Shown piece by piece: positions 40,315 through 54,081 of a stretch of 64,000 nucleotides of DNA. How positions within the stretch are numbered: the first letter of the stretch is position 1; every line of letters starts with the position of its first letter. The stretch comes from an uncultured delta proteobacterium (GTDB lineage: Bacteria; Desulfobacterota; Desulfomonilia; UBA1062). Where the stretch lies: assembly GCA_963798485.1 (NCBI GenBank), contig CAWCTR010000017.1, positions 1 to 64,000 of the forward strand. The letters are read 5' to 3'. Below the pieces are notes generated by a model, which saw only the letters and a program-made list of their open reading frames with translations, was not told the origin of the DNA and did not search any database. The position numbers were made by a program, and so were the translations under genes.

Positions 40315-41850
40315 ATGAAAAAGGTTTTATTAGCAGTACTGATCGTCTTCTTTGCCTCGGCGCTCTATGCCGGGACATATGTAGACCCGCTCGCAGTAAG
40401 CACACAGGCGGCACGCGACCATGTGTATCCGGCCTTCGGCACGCCCCAGGTCCAGTTCGACATCAGCGGTGAGTTCGACACCAGGGGATTAAGCTGGCAG
40501 AACTTCAATGTGACAAAAGATAGGAACAGTCGATACCAATTATATGAGGAGCTGGCTGGATCTGTGGCCCAAGCTCAAGATCGGCGACACTGCGCTTATT
40601 ACAAAACTCGAGATGGTCGACCAGAACCCATGGGCTGCATATCCCGAGGCGGGCTACTCCGATGACCCTGCGGCCAGCGGGCGCCCTACCAGCAAGAAGA
40701 ACAACATATCCGTGGAACGTTGCTATATCCACCACAACTTTACCCCTGATATCACCATGGAAGCGGGCCTCATGGACGGTGCATGGTGGGGGACCTCCTT
40801 CATGGACACCATGGCTCCAAGATACCGGGTTAAATTCATTGACACCAAGACCCCGGTCGGTCTTGTCGGTGCATTGTTTGAAAAAGATACTGAGACGGGT
40901 GGCCCCATACCTGGCACCACAACAATCACTGCGGGTGCCGATAGAGATGATGGTGATGCCTATGCAATCTTTGGCGTAACAAAGGTAGGTGACATCTATT
41001 TTAAGCCCCTCATCTTCTATGTACCCAACAGTAATTTATCAAGTCTAGTCGCTTCTAAGTATAATACTCCTGATCCACTCGTGCAAGCTGGCCTCCCTGC
41101 AACAACCGATGTGTATCTAACTAGCCTTGACAAGGGCGTTAAAGGTTTAACTGTCGTTTACTATGCCCTTGAATCTGATGGAAAGCTCGGCCCTCTGAGC
41201 TTTGAGTCCGAGATGGGTTTAAAAACATACCGGTCCAGTCTGAACGAAAATTTATATGCAGTTGGTACTTAACCCCAACCAAATGCCAATCCCCTTTATA
41301 CTGCCGGCCAGGTTAATAACAGCTGGAATGAATTTGGCATCTACCTGAATCTCTGGAATGACCTGGACTTCGGCAGGGTAGGCGCCCTGGTGGCCTATGG
41401 CAACTATAATGCCAAGGGCGGACCTGGCAAAACGGGTTGGGGCAACGAATTTCGGCGATGACTTCAAATCCAACCTCATCCTTGGCGATGAAAAAGGCTT
41501 TGGCAGCAAAACTGCCCTAGATCTCTACGGCATGACCCTGATCAAGCCATATCTTAAGTATGTAAAACTCGGTATGGACAATCTCACCGGCAGCGCATCC
41601 CTTGGCTACATTATATCTAACCAGAACGGCATAAACGAGAATGGCGACTTACAGCATTTATAAGGGTGTCAAGGCCTATGAGTTGGACCTCGGCGTACAG
41701 TACAAGCTCTCTCAAAACCTGATGTATAAGGTTGACGGCGGATATGCAAAGGTGTCCGTCGATAAAGATTATTGGGTAGATGCCAATGGCAGCGACAAAT
41801 CACCCGCAGCAATCATGCTGCTCAGGCATGAGATCGTGCTGACTTTCTAA
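40315..41850 (+). pseudogene. Outer-membrane beta-barrel (porin-like) gene broken by several frameshifts
   Basis: Signal peptide and strong RBS. Consecutive fragments 40315-, 40544-, 41397- and 41641- have amphipathic beta strands. C-terminal HEIVLTF is a beta-signal. Confidence 0.7.
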
Positions 41851-41871
41851 GAGCTCATATCACGACAATAT

Positions 41872-41904
41872 AAAAAGCCCGCCTTTTTCAGGCGGGCTTT
41901 TTTT
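41872..41904. terminator. Bidirectional rho-independent terminator
   Basis: AAAAAGCCCGCCT-TTTTC-AGGCGGGCTTTTTTT between convergent genes. Confidence 0.88.
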
Positions 41905-41917
41905 ATCCGTCGTTTGT

Positions 41918-41990
41918 TGTAGGAGCGCCTTCAGGCGCGATATTGACAGATGCGAGAGTCGGAAAAATCGCGGCTAAAGCCGCTCCTACA
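41918..41990. repeat. GTAG-type REP doublet (REPIN/BIME-like)
   Basis: TGTAGGAGCGCCTTCAGGCGCGA...TCGCGGCTAAAGCCGCTCCTACA in inverted orientation. Confidence 0.8.
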
Positions 41991-42021
41991 AAAGCCCTTA
42001 CAGACGTTCCTCCACCGACAC

Positions 42022-43736
<1,715 letters not shown>

Positions 43737-43740
<4 letters not shown>

Positions 43741-45473
43741 CTCTTCTCAAAGACCTCCATCACATGCGAGCGCAGGTTCTTTTTCTTGAGTTGCATCTCT
43801 TGTTTATGCCTCTGTAGCTCGTTGCGTTTGTTTCTGTCTTGCGTCTTCTCGGCATCATTCAGCTCACCCTGAATCATTCTGAGCTCTTCGTCGAACGCTA
43901 GACTCATAAACCGGCATACCGTATCAATCAAGGCCTTTTTTACATCTCCGGGAAATTCTCCCTGTGCCATCAGCCGCGAGGCCGTCATCCTTACGTCATC
44001 GGGGCAGCCGGAATCGTTCAATACACTACCATCGTTCTCCAGGATATAGTTAAAAAGTTCTGCAAGCACCTTGTTCTGGAATTCAAAGGCCATATGAGAG
44101 GCCCTCATGATGTCCACTGCCCTTGCATCCAAGAGCATGATTCTCGTTAGAGTCGCCTCAAGGTTATCCCGCTCACCTCCTGAACGCGAAGTGCTTTGCT
44201 GTTCTGCCGGGTTCCCTTCGGGTCTGATCCTTTTCGATACGACTTCCGTAGATATTCCAAGCTTCACTGCAAGCCTTTGGGCTAGGAGATCGCGCATTAC
44301 ATTATCGTGCAGGCGTGCAAACATAGGCGCAAGTTCCTTTAGTATGGCATTCTGACCTCGGAGTTTTGATGGATCATGCCGGGAAAACGATTCAAAAAAC
44401 ATCAGATCCCAGATATCCTGGGCCGACGACAGGAGCCCGTTCCAGATGCTGATTCCCTCGCGCGCGATGTCGTCAGGGTCTTTACCCTGGGGCAGGATAA
44501 CGATTCGAGGTATTACATCGCTTGCCAGAAACGGCTCCATGGCCCTCACCATGGCATTCCTGCCCGCAGAATCACCATCGAAGACAAGGGTGATATCATC
44601 GGTGAAACGGCGCAAGAGCCGGACATGGTCCTCTCCAAGGGCGGTCCCCAGCGTTGCAACCGCTGCAGTAAAGCCTGCATTTGCCAGTGACACGACATCC
44701 ATATACCCCTCCACCACCACTGCACCATTTTGCCGTATCTGGTTCCGTGCAGAATGGAGGTTGTACAGGACCCTCTTCTTTTCAAAGATCGGGCTTTCAG
44801 GCGTATTGAGATATTTCGGCTCGCCTTCACCCATAACCCGGCCGCCAAACCCGATAACCTCTCCTGATAAATCGATGATGGGGAAGATTATGCGTCCACG
44901 GAACCGGTCGTAGAAACCGCTGCCCTTCCTCGGCGCTATGAGACCCGCCTTTTCCGCCGCAGCCTGGGGGATGCCTCTGCTCCTGAGAAAAGCGGTCAGG
45001 CTATCCCATGAATCAGGCGCAAAGCCGATATGAAAGGACTTGATGGTGTTCTCGGTAATGCCCCTTCCTGATAAATACCTCCGTGCATCCTCGCCCTTTG
45101 CCGCGATGAGCTGCTGCTCGAAAAATGCCATGGCGGCCTTGTTGGCGTCGTAATAGATCTTTTTCTCGGATGAGGGTTGCCTTTTGTCCGTGTCGAGGGT
45201 GATGCCGGCCTTCAGGGCAAGCTCGGTAATAGCCTCGGCAAAGCTGAACCCTTTTTTGTCCATAACAAAGGTAATAACGTCCCCACCCCGGTCGCACCCG
45301 AAGCACTTATAAATCTGCCTGTCCGGATCAACGGAAAATGACGGTGTCTTCTCCGAGTGAAAGGGGCAGAGCCCCCAGAAAGACTTCCCCTTCTTCTTGA
45401 GCTGTACATACTCCGATATGACTGCAACAATGTCACTGGCTGTCTTGATCTGCTCGACCGAGGATTTATCCAT
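43737..45473 (-). CDS. dnaG: DNA primase
   Basis: CPFH.EKTPSF zinc finger, [19 protein letters not shown] and DPD motifs. Confidence 0.97.
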
Positions 45474-47741
45474 CTATTTCCCCCCGAGCAGCACGATGGT
45501 CTTGTTGCCCCCGCCCTCGACCATGGGTGCGTCATGCATGGTCCTCACACAGGGCAACTCCTTGAGATACTCGCGGATGGCCTTTTTAAGCCTGCCGGTG
45601 CCGGCGCCATGGATGATCTCGAGAGAATCCTGGCCCGTGAGCATTGCCCGGTCGATGGCCCGCTCCACAAGGGGGATGGCCTCATCGACCCTCATGCCTA
45701 CCACCTTGATGGGTAAGACCGGAGGCGGGGCCTTAAGGCGTAAAACGGTTTCCTTTCCGGCACGGCTCTCCTCAGGCTGCCAGACGACATCGAGCTGGTC
45801 CAGGCCGACCTGCAGACGTTTTGTGCCAAAGGCAACCTCCGCTGCATGCCGGCCGAGCTCCATTACCTCGCCTTCCTGCTCGGTCCCTTTCAGCCTCACG
45901 GTGCACCCCTTGCGGATGTTCAGTGTTTGGGCAGGCGCGATCTCGGTAAGCACCTGTTCGAGCTCTACGGCCTCAGGCATCTGTTTTACCACTTGTATCG
46001 CCTCGCGGGTCACCGGTCTCCTTGAGAGCTGTTCGATCTGTTCCAGCAACCTCTTATACCTGAGCGCACTTTCTATCTTTTCTTTTTGCGTGGTGCGCAG
46101 TTCCTGCTCGGCCCTGGCCTTCATCACGCTGGCCTCTTTGAGGGCCTGCTCAGCCTCCTGCTTCAACATGGACGCCTTTGAGATGTCCTGGATGGCCTTG
46201 GCAAGCGGTGAATTTCCGGTACGGCCGGCAATGCCCCTGGCCTCCACGATCAGGTCATGGGGAAACTCGATGGCCTCCAGAATCTCAAAGGCCCTGCTTT
46301 GCCCGACCACCCCATACTGGAGGGCATATAACGGCTTGAGACCGGTGTCGTCAAAGGCCGTGGCTGCATGCTCCACCCTGTCAGAGGTGATGCCGTAAAG
46401 CTTGACGAGGTCGGAATGCGAGGTCACCACCACGGTTGCGCCCTTTATGCGCAACGCATCGATACAGGCAACAGCCAGCGCGCCGCCCTGGTCGTGGTCC
46501 GTCCCCGAGCCGGGCTCGTCGAGCAGAACAAGGTCTCCGGGACAGGTCTGCTCATATATGTTTTTCAAAGAAAGGGCATGGGCGGTGAATGACGACAGGT
46601 CATGGGTGATGTCCTGGTTCGTGTCCATCTCGATGCGTATATCGCCCATGGGCGTGATGACGGAATCCGCACCTGCGGGTATTGCCAGCCCGCTCTTTGC
46701 CATGAGGATGAGGAGACCCAGGGTCTTCAAGGCCACGGTCTTGCCGCCTGCATTGGGCCCGGTGATGATGAGGCAGTCCTTCCCCTTGGGGATGCGGATA
46801 TCCAGTGCCACAGTAGAAGCCCTTCCCAGCCTTTCAAGAAGGATGGGGTGACGGGCCCCGTGAAGGCGGATCTCTTCCCCTTCTATCCTGGGGATGGAAC
46901 CCCCTATGGCAATGGCCCACCGTGCATTGGCGGATACAAGGTCAAGCCCGCCATAGACAGAGAGATTTTCACGGATTGTAGACGCGTTATCATGGACCAG
47001 CGAGGTGAGTTCTTTGAGGACCTTGAGCTCTTCTTCTATTATCTGCGCCTTGATCTGGTTTAACGTATTGTTATCGTTCACTAAGGACAGGGGCTCCACA
47101 TAGACTGTCCGGTTCGTCCTGGAGTAGTCGTGGATGATGCCTTTCATGTGTACATGGTAGTCGTGCCGCACAGGGATCACATAGCGGTCGTTTCTCTTGG
47201 TTATGAGCTCCTCCATAAGCACGGACTTGGTTTTAAGCCTCTCCAGGATCTGCTCGAGCTTCTCCAGGATGGAAGACCTTATGGCGCGGTATCGGGAGCG
47301 AAGGTCTCGGAGGTACGGATATGCCTCATCCGAGATCTCACCTGTGGGAAGGAGCATGGCATCAATCCGGCCGGATACGTGATCAAGGGGCTCCATGGTT
47401 GCTACCGCCTGTGAGAGCAACCCTCCAGAGTCTGTCAGCACCTTTTTCAGCCTTGCCATGTCTATCAGGGCCGCTGAGATCTTGATAAGATCTTGCCCTT
47501 CAAGCGCTGCGCCTTCCCTGATGGTAAGCAGCGGCCTGATATCGGCTATGGCGGCTATTGCGGGTGAGTTACCTGAATTCATGAGTGCAATCATCTCTTG
47601 GAGCAGGGCGAGCCGGTAGCGGGCATCCCCCCAGGAATCGCTTGGGCTCAAACCCTTTAGGGCGCTCAGGCCGATTTCGGAGGAAACAAAAGGTTTTATG
47701 TACTCCTTCAGAGCGGAGAACTCTAACAGATCATTTCTCAT
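45474..47741 (-). CDS. mutS2: MutS2 family protein with Smr domain
   Basis: ITGPNAGGKT, LSSFTAH, LLDEPGSGTD and C-terminal IIHGAGTGRLK. Confidence 0.93.
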   Translation of the reverse strand: MRNDLLEFSALKEYIKPFVSSEIGLSALKGLSPSDSWGDARYRLALLQEMIALMNSGNSPAIAAIADIRPLLTIREGAALEGQDLIKISAALIDMARLKKVLTDSGGLLSQAVATMEPLDHVSGRIDAMLLPTGEISDEAYPYLRDLRSRYRAIRSSILEKLEQILERLKTKSVLMEELITKRNDRYVIPVRHDYHVHMKGIIHDYSRTNRTVYVEPLSLVNDNNTLNQIKAQIIEEELKVLKELTSLVHDNASTIRENLSVYGGLDLVSANARWAIAIGGSIPRIEGEEIRLHGARHPILLERLGRASTVALDIRIPKGKDCLIITGPNAGGKTVALKTLGLLILMAKSGLAIPAGADSVITPMGDIRIEMDTNQDITHDLSSFTAHALSLKNIYEQTCPGDLVLLDEPGSGTDHDQGGALAVACIDALRIKGATVVVTSHSDLVKLYGITSDRVEHAATAFDDTGLKPLYALQYGVVGQSRAFEILEAIEFPHDLIVEARGIAGRTGNSPLAKAIQDISKASMLKQEAEQALKEASVMKARAEQELRTTQKEKIESALRYKRLLEQIEQLSRRPVTREAIQVVKQMPEAVELEQVLTEIAPAQTLNIRKGCTVRLKGTEQEGEVMELGRHAAEVAFGTKRLQVGLDQLDVVWQPEESRAGKETVLRLKAPPPVLPIKVVGMRVDEAIPLVERAIDRAMLTGQDSLEIIHGAGTGRLKKAIREYLKELPCVRTMHDAPMVEGGGNKTIVLLGGK

Positions 47742-47794
47742 GGAGGTGCGAATCAGCAGGCAACGTCTGTGTTGCCGCTATAGAGTCTGTGAAG

Positions 47795-48232
47795 TCACTG
47801 CAGTAAAGAATTTACTATGCCGCTGATGACCTTGCCGTCCGCCTGGCCTGCCACCTTGGCCATGACGAGTTTCATGACCTTGCCGAATTCCTTCTTGGTG
47901 GCGCCGGTCTCCGCAATGATCTCTTTGACGATTGTCCTTATAACCTCTTCATCCATCTCCTTGGGCAAATAGGACTTTAAGATCTCGAGGTTCTTCTCTT
48001 CCTGCGCGGCAAGATCCATCCTGCCCCCTTTGGTAAACTGCTCCAGGGATTCGGTGACCTGCTTTATCTGGGTACGCAGGACCTTGGCGACCTCCTGGTC
48101 ATCAAGGTCCTGATTGAGTGCAACCTGCCTGTACTTGATTGCTGAGATGGCCATGCGCAGACAAGATAACCTGTCCTTGTCCTGCGCCTTCATGGCGAGA
48201 GCTAAATCGGCTTTGATCTTTTCTATCAGCAT
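47795..48232 (-). CDS. GatB/YqeY domain protein
   Basis: AMKAQDK.RL..LR, YLP and GKVMK...GQADGK motifs, directly after rpsU. Confidence 0.92.
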   Translation of the reverse strand: MLIEKIKADLALAMKAQDKDRLSCLRMAISAIKYRQVALNQDLDDQEVAKVLRTQIKQVTESLEQFTKGGRMDLAAQEEKNLEILKSYLPKEMDEEVIRTIVKEIIAETGATKKEFGKVMKLVMAKVAGQADGKVISGIVNSLLQ

Positions 48233-48435
48233 CAGTAGTAGGATCTTACCTTGCTCATTTTCTTTACTGCTCTCTTCCGGGCTGCAATGGCCTTGCGTTT
48301 CTTCTTTACGCTGGGCTTTTCGTAGAATTCCCTCTTGCGTACCTCGGAGAGAACACCCGCCTTTTCCACCTGCTTTTTGAAGCGCTTAAGTGCTCCCTCA
48401 AAAGGCTCGGTCTCTCTTACTTTAATTCCGGGCAT
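48232..48435 (-). CDS. rpsU: 30S ribosomal protein S21
   Basis: [21 protein letters not shown]...KREFYEKPS. Confidence 0.97.
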   Translation of the reverse strand: MPGIKVRETEPFEGALKRFKKQVEKAGVLSEVRKREFYEKPSVKKKRKAIAARKRAVKKMSKVRSYY

Positions 48436-48544
48436 GCGTTGATCAAACACCCCCTCTCTGTGTGGCTGCTCTGTACAAGAAGCAGATTGTATATAGAAAC
48501 CCCCTGGTACTGTCAAGCCATTATGTTTTATTATTCGATAGTGA

Positions 48545-49987
48545 TCAGGTGATATTATATTTCTTCAACAAGGCGTAGAGACGCGAACGTGATAACCCTG
48601 ATATCCTGCAAGCTGATTCGACATGCGCCTTTGTCTGCCTCATCAATTCCTGGAGATACTGCTTCTCTATCTCTGCAATAGAATCATCCCGCACTTCCTT
48701 TAGACTGGGAAGTGAGGTGTTGGTGAGATCTCGGGTCGGTTTTTTCTTTTTGCCTGCAACAGCATTTTGTTTTACCTGCACATGAATATGATGGGGAAGG
48801 TGCTTGGGGACAAGGATTGAGCTTTCATGTGCAACCGTAATCGCACTTTCGATTGCATGAATCAACTCTCTAACATTACCAGGCCAGGTATACTGTACGA
48901 TAGCATCACGGAATGCAGTACTGAGACGTTTCGGTTTCATGCCGGATTTTCTGGTGAGTCTGTGCAGGTACAGATCCGCCAGCTCGAGGACATCCTCAGG
49001 ACGCTCTCTAAGTGGGGGAATATGGATGATTATGGATTGAAGTCTGAAAAGGAAATCCTTCCTGAATCCGTCCATCTCCACCATCTTGTCAAGGTCCCGG
49101 TTGGTCGCGGATATGACCCTGAAATCACTTTCCACCTCACTCGATTTCCCGACAGGGCGGAAGCGGCCTTCCTGGAGGATTCGAAGGAAATTCTTCTGTG
49201 TGGCCGGGGGAAGCTCGCCGACTTCGTCCAAAAAGAGGGTCCCTTTGTGAGCCTGGGCAACCAGGCCGTGCCGTGATCTATCCGCACCCGTATATGAGCC
49301 CTTCTCATGGCCGAACAGGATGCTTTCCACCAGGTTCGGGGGCAGGGCGGCACAGTCAACAACAACAAAGTCATTCCCGGAGCGTGCGGAGTTATTGTGA
49401 ATCGAGCGTGCAAAGAGCTCCTTACCAGTGCCCGTCTCGCCGGTAAGCAGCACATTGGCATCGCTCTTAAAGGTCTTGCTCAATAAAGCCAGGCATTCTT
49501 TCATCCTGGGGCTCTTGGCGAATATCCCTTCTTTCTCAAAATCAATTGCCTCGACAGGTTGTTTATTGCTCTTATGGTAGAGAACAACATCTTTAATCAG
49601 CGCAGAGAGTTCGTTTTTCGAAAAGGGCTTCTCCAGGTAATCCCATGCCCCTTTGGAAAGGGCAGTCTCAACCGAATCCGGATCACCGTAGCCGGTTATG
49701 ACGATCACTTCCGGCCTGCCGATATTTTGAGAGATTTCCGGGAGTTTCTCTATCCCGTTTCCATCAGGCATATACACATCGAGAAACACAACATCATATG
49801 CGTCTGAGCGTACTACTTCGAGACCGTCCTTCAAGGTCAAGGCTGTTGCAGTAGTATAGCCCAAGGCCTTAGCCACATTGGCTATGGAGTTACAGACAAG
49901 GTCGTCATCATCGATAATAAGAATTTTTTCCTGATTATCTATAGACACTTGAGGATAATATAGCCTTTCCATTGAGATGTAAAGCAC
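48545..49987 (-). CDS. Sigma-54-dependent response regulator (NtrC family)
   Basis: REC + AAA+ ([14 protein letters not shown] loop, [14 protein letters not shown]) + Fis-type HTH. True start may be 49972. Confidence 0.93.
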   Translation of the reverse strand: MLYISMERLYYPQVSIDNQEKILIIDDDDLVCNSIANVAKALGYTTATALTLKDGLEVVRSDAYDVVFLDVYMPDGNGIEKLPEISQNIGRPEVIVITGYGDPDSVETALSKGAWDYLEKPFSKNELSALIKDVVLYHKSNKQPVEAIDFEKEGIFAKSPRMKECLALLSKTFKSDANVLLTGETGTGKELFARSIHNNSARSGNDFVVVDCAALPPNLVESILFGHEKGSYTGADRSRHGLVAQAHKGTLFLDEVGELPPATQKNFLRILQEGRFRPVGKSSEVESDFRVISATNRDLDKMVEMDGFRKDFLFRLQSIIIHIPPLRERPEDVLELADLYLHRLTRKSGMKPKRLSTAFRDAIVQYTWPGNVRELIHAIESAITVAHESSILVPKHLPHHIHVQVKQNAVAGKKKKPTRDLTNTSLPSLKEVRDDSIAEIEKQYLQELMRQTKAHVESACRISGLSRSRLYALLKKYNIT

Positions 49988-49989
49988 TC

Positions 49990-52902
49990 TTAAGTCAGGA
50001 CACGGCCTATAGCCTCTTGCAACTGGGACCGGGAAAAGGGTTTGAGAATAAATTCATTGATGCCTGTTTTCTTTTCCTGCAGTTCCTGCATGATTTCTTC
50101 TGAGCCGGAGCAGAGAATAACAGGGATGTCCTGACGGATCTTACGGATATGCCCTGCCAGCTCATGGCCTCTCATCCGCGGCATGACCTGGTCTGTGATA
50201 ACCAGGGAGAACATCTTCGGTTCGTCCTTAAAGATATTAAGCGCCTCTTGAGGATCAGACGTTGATGTCACTTGATATCCAAGATGGATCAGCAGTTGAT
50301 GGAGGCTGCGTAAGTCAGCCTCATTGTCGTCTGCAAGGAGGATATGTTTTTCTCCATGACCTGCGGATTGTCTTATTTGTTTGGAAGCATGATACCGGAT
50401 ATCAGTGTGCTGTGGAAAATACACTTCGAATTTTGCCCCTTTCCCGACATCGCTAGAGAGGAGTATTGATCCATTCGCATTCTTGACCAATTCATGCACG
50501 ACGGCAAGCCCCAGCCCGGTGCCCTTGCTTGACTTCTTGGTAGTAAAGAATGGATCGAATATCTTATCCCTGATATCCCGGCTTATTCCGCTTCCGGTAT
50601 CTCGAACTGTCAGTTTCAGATATCTTCCCGGCTTGAGGTCGGATATCATGGCCGGAGTATATGAAGTTATTTCTGTCTCTTTGATGGAAACTCCAAGAAA
50701 TCCTTTACCCGATTTCATGGCCTGGATAGCATTATTGCAGAGGTTGAGAATGAGTTGATGGATCTGGGTCGGGTCTACCCGGACAAGGCCCTCCCTTGAC
50801 GTTATCCATTGCCGGAAGTTTATTCGTGAAGGGATCGATCTTTTCAGGAGGTTGAGCGCATCCTGAACAACCGGCCCTATGGTGATAGGCTTGCAGAAAG
50901 ATCCCTTTCTGGAGCCGAACAGCTTGATCTGTCTGATAAGATTCTTCCCAAGATGCGCCGCATCAATGATCTGATCTATGTATTCCCGCTCCTGCGTTCC
51001 GTGAGGGAGGATATCCGAGATGAGTTCCGAATTGATGAGGATCGGCTGGAGCACGTTATTAAAATCGTGCGCAATACCTCCTGCAAGTTTGCCCAGGGCC
51101 TCTATTTTTTGGGCTTGTATGAGCCGGCTTTCGAGCCTCTTCTTCTCTTCTTCGGCACGTTTGCGTTCGGTTATGTCTTTCACCGTGTGAATGACACGTA
51201 TGATTTCACCTTTGTCATTAACAACCGGGTCCACTGAGGCAAGGAACCACATGTCTCTCCTATCATCATAATGTTCAACCTCCTCATGTTTTTTTGTCTT
51301 CAGCATTGTTGTCAGAGGGCATCCGTCAATAGGTTTATCTGAGCAATGCATCAGGGAAAAGCAGTTGTTCTGCACAACATGATCATGGGGTAGGTTGAAG
51401 AAAGAGGCTGCAGCTGCATTGACCCGGTCAATCTTGAAATTATTGTCCAGGATCATCACATGATCTTTAATGGAGTCAAACGTGATCTGCCAGTCATGGG
51501 CTGCTTTCCTTATCTTCTCCTCCATCTGCTTGCGTTCGGTGATATTGCGGGCTGCTGCAAAAACCCCAAGAACGTTCCCTGTCTGGTCATGGTATACAGC
51601 AGCATTATAGAGGACCGGGGTGATATGACCGTCGCTATGGAGAATATCAAGGGGATAGTCCTGTACCATGCCTTCACTGAATACTTGTTTATATCCGCTA
51701 CGTGCCTTTTCTGGTTCGGTGAAGTAATCGGAGAAATCAGTGTTGATAAGCCCTCTTCGGCTCCGGCCTGTCACCTTTTCCGTAGCCTTGTTCACGTCGG
51801 TAATCCTGCCTTTGACATCAATGGTCACCAATGGGTCAAGACTTGCCTCAATCAGGCTCCTGTTATAGGCGCCAGCCAATCTCAAGGCATTCTCCGCCTT
51901 TTTGCGCTGGGCTATTTCGGCTATGAGTTGTTTGTTTCTCGCTTCCAATTCGGTTGTGCGTTCCTTTACAAGCCCTTCCAGGTTGTCACTATGCCTGCAT
52001 AACTCCTCTTCCAAAAGCTTTCGCTGGGTAATGTCCATGAATATGACGGCAAACTGGTTGGGAGCAGGTCGATAGGAGAATGCCCCATAGTGCCGATTGA
52101 GAACCGGAGAATAATTTTCAAAGTGCACAGGTTCACCGGTGAGTGCGACAGAACCATAGGTTTCTATCCATTTTGGGTCTTCATCAGGCAGTACCTGCAA
52201 CACAGTCTTGCCTACCACATCCTCCCTTTTGAGGCCGGTGAGCTGTTCAAAGGCAGGGTTCACATCGATGAATCGATAATCACAGGGTTTGCCTTTCTCA
52301 TCGCATATGATCTCATGCAGGGCAAACCCCTCGGACATGGAACTGAACAGGTCGTGGAAGCGCTGCTCGCTCTTCCTGAGAGATCCCTCAGCTCGGCTCC
52401 GCTCGGTAATATCGTGCCAGACCGTTACCGAGCCTGTGATGAGGTCCCCCAAGCGCATTGGCCCCGAAGAGGTCTCGACCACCATGTCGGTGCCGTCTGA
52501 GCGTTTGACCATATAACATGCACCGGTTACCTTTTCTCCCCGCAATGCCAGGGGTGTCGGCTGCTCCCCCAATATGAGCGTCCGTCCGTCCAGCCATCGG
52601 CACGAAACCCGCTTTATAATGTCTTTGACATTGAGGCCGACAGGATCAAGACCATAGGTCTCAAGGAACGGATGATTCGCCCGGAGAACATTCATGTTCG
52701 TGTCGAAGATGAGCACAGCGTCGTTTTGTGCCACAAAGATTGCTTCCAACTCAGCAGCACGTTTTGAAAGCTCCTCTTCGAAATGGGCACACTCAGCATT
52801 TATCCTTTCCAATTCAGCAATTCTCTGTCGGGCGCCTGCCAGCTCCTTCAGGAGTTGTCCCTTTGTTTTTTCGTCTTCAAATATGTCCATGCTAACCACC
52901 AC
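49990..52902 (-). CDS. Cytoplasmic multi-PAS hybrid histidine kinase
   Basis: Four PAS domains, GGIAHDFNN H-box, HATPase and a C-terminal REC domain. Confidence 0.93.
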   Translation of the reverse strand: MVVSMDIFEDEKTKGQLLKELAGARQRIAELERINAECAHFEEELSKRAAELEAIFVAQNDAVLIFDTNMNVLRANHPFLETYGLDPVGLNVKDIIKRVSCRWLDGRTLILGEQPTPLALRGEKVTGACYMVKRSDGTDMVVETSSGPMRLGDLITGSVTVWHDITERSRAEGSLRKSEQRFHDLFSSMSEGFALHEIICDEKGKPCDYRFIDVNPAFEQLTGLKREDVVGKTVLQVLPDEDPKWIETYGSVALTGEPVHFENYSPVLNRHYGAFSYRPAPNQFAVIFMDITQRKLLEEELCRHSDNLEGLVKERTTELEARNKQLIAEIAQRKKAENALRLAGAYNRSLIEASLDPLVTIDVKGRITDVNKATEKVTGRSRRGLINTDFSDYFTEPEKARSGYKQVFSEGMVQDYPLDILHSDGHITPVLYNAAVYHDQTGNVLGVFAAARNITERKQMEEKIRKAAHDWQITFDSIKDHVMILDNNFKIDRVNAAAASFFNLPHDHVVQNNCFSLMHCSDKPIDGCPLTTMLKTKKHEEVEHYDDRRDMWFLASVDPVVNDKGEIIRVIHTVKDITERKRAEEEKKRLESRLIQAQKIEALGKLAGGIAHDFNNVLQPILINSELISDILPHGTQEREYIDQIIDAAHLGKNLIRQIKLFGSRKGSFCKPITIGPVVQDALNLLKRSIPSRINFRQWITSREGLVRVDPTQIHQLILNLCNNAIQAMKSGKGFLGVSIKETEITSYTPAMISDLKPGRYLKLTVRDTGSGISRDIRDKIFDPFFTTKKSSKGTGLGLAVVHELVKNANGSILLSSDVGKGAKFEVYFPQHTDIRYHASKQIRQSAGHGEKHILLADDNEADLRSLHQLLIHLGYQVTSTSDPQEALNIFKDEPKMFSLVITDQVMPRMRGHELAGHIRKIRQDIPVILCSGSEEIMQELQEKKTGINEFILKPFSRSQLQEAIGRVLT

Positions 52903-53091
52903 CTGATGTAATTATTATGCTTAAAATAATGAGATAGTATAGTGCAGTTTAAAGGCAATGGAATACTTACATAGGGTTTTGATATTGAATGTTACCCCAT
53001 ATCCTAAGATTACATCATTATTGAAGCCCCAGTCCATATCCTCATTACCATTGAAGCAGGCAGATCACCTGTATTGGTCAGCAAGCAGACT

Positions 53092-53877
53092 TCAGTTTTG
53101 ATGTTCTCCTTTATACATATACCTTATCTGGCAGGTTCTTTGGACTTGAAAGGAATCAAGGGCATTAGACTCAAAGAAACTACTTGCTTGATCAACAAAA
53201 ACCTGTTTCAGCTTTTCCATGGATCTCGTTTGGATTTGCCTCACGCGTTCCCTGCTCACGCCGAGTTGCATCCCAATTTCTTTGAGCTTCACAGGAGGGT
53301 CGGAAAAATATCGCTGTTTGAGGACAGAGGCTTCTCTTTGTGAAAGGAAGGTGAAACAGTGATGGAGCAAGGTTGAAATGTTATATGATGCCTCCTTGCC
53401 ATTATAGAGTTTCTCAGGGTCTGTACCATCAGTGAGAAAATCGATCCATCGATCCTTGTCATTATCATCACTTCCAAGATATTCATCCAAGGAGAACAGA
53501 TTCTTGGCATGGCTCAGGCTTCCGGCGTTCACCTTTGTGCTCTTGTTTAAGAATGCCTTGATGAAGGCCTCTATCCACCAGACTGCATAGTAGATAAATG
53601 GTATTCCGCGTTCAGGATCAAAGCGGTTCAGCGCTCTTATCAATCCAAGATTCCCTTCCTGAATAATTTCGAGGCAATTATGCCCGCAATAAAAATATTT
53701 CCTGCTCACTTTTACTACAAACTTCAAGTTCGATTGAAGTATTTGTTGTCCGGCAGCTTCATCTCCCTTCTGATACTGTTTTACCAGTTCATACTCCTTC
53801 TCATGGGTAAGGTGTGGGTATTGCCGTATCTCCCGGTAGTACTGCTGAAAATCTGCATAATCAAACAAACTTTCCAT
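53092..53877 (-). CDS. Sigma-70 family (RpoH/RpoD-like) sigma factor, paralogue B
   Basis: 261 aa, colinear with and highly similar to 34872-35657. Confidence 0.88.
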   Translation of the reverse strand: MESLFDYADFQQYYREIRQYPHLTHEKEYELVKQYQKGDEAAGQQILQSNLKFVVKVSRKYFYCGHNCLEIIQEGNLGLIRALNRFDPERGIPFIYYAVWWIEAFIKAFLNKSTKVNAGSLSHAKNLFSLDEYLGSDDNDKDRWIDFLTDGTDPEKLYNGKEASYNISTLLHHCFTFLSQREASVLKQRYFSDPPVKLKEIGMQLGVSRERVRQIQTRSMEKLKQVFVDQASSFFESNALDSFQVQRTCQIRYMYKGEHQN

Positions 53878-53961
53878 AAGGAATCCTTTCTTTATTGTGA
53901 GGTAAGATTATTGTTTTCAATGAGTTCACATAAGCATTTCTGTCTCACGAATAAGGACATA

Positions 53962-54081
53962 TACAATTGGTGTGCCATTGTTTGTGATTATTATATATTA
54001 AATGATAACAATATGTTATAGGTATTTATGCTGTGGTTGATCTTATCTGTGCCGGTATTGTCTGTCTTGCGCGATAGGACT
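53962..54081 (-). promoter_or_regulatory. Sigma-54 promoter with upstream activator site
   Basis: On the minus strand, AGTCCTATCGCGCAAGACA (54081-54063) and TGGCACACCAATTGTA (53977-53962). Confidence 0.7.

Noticed and set aside
45474-47741. mutS2 inside the rpsU-dnaG-rpoD operon
   Set aside because: This arrangement is familiar from deltaproteobacterial genomes and is not novel.
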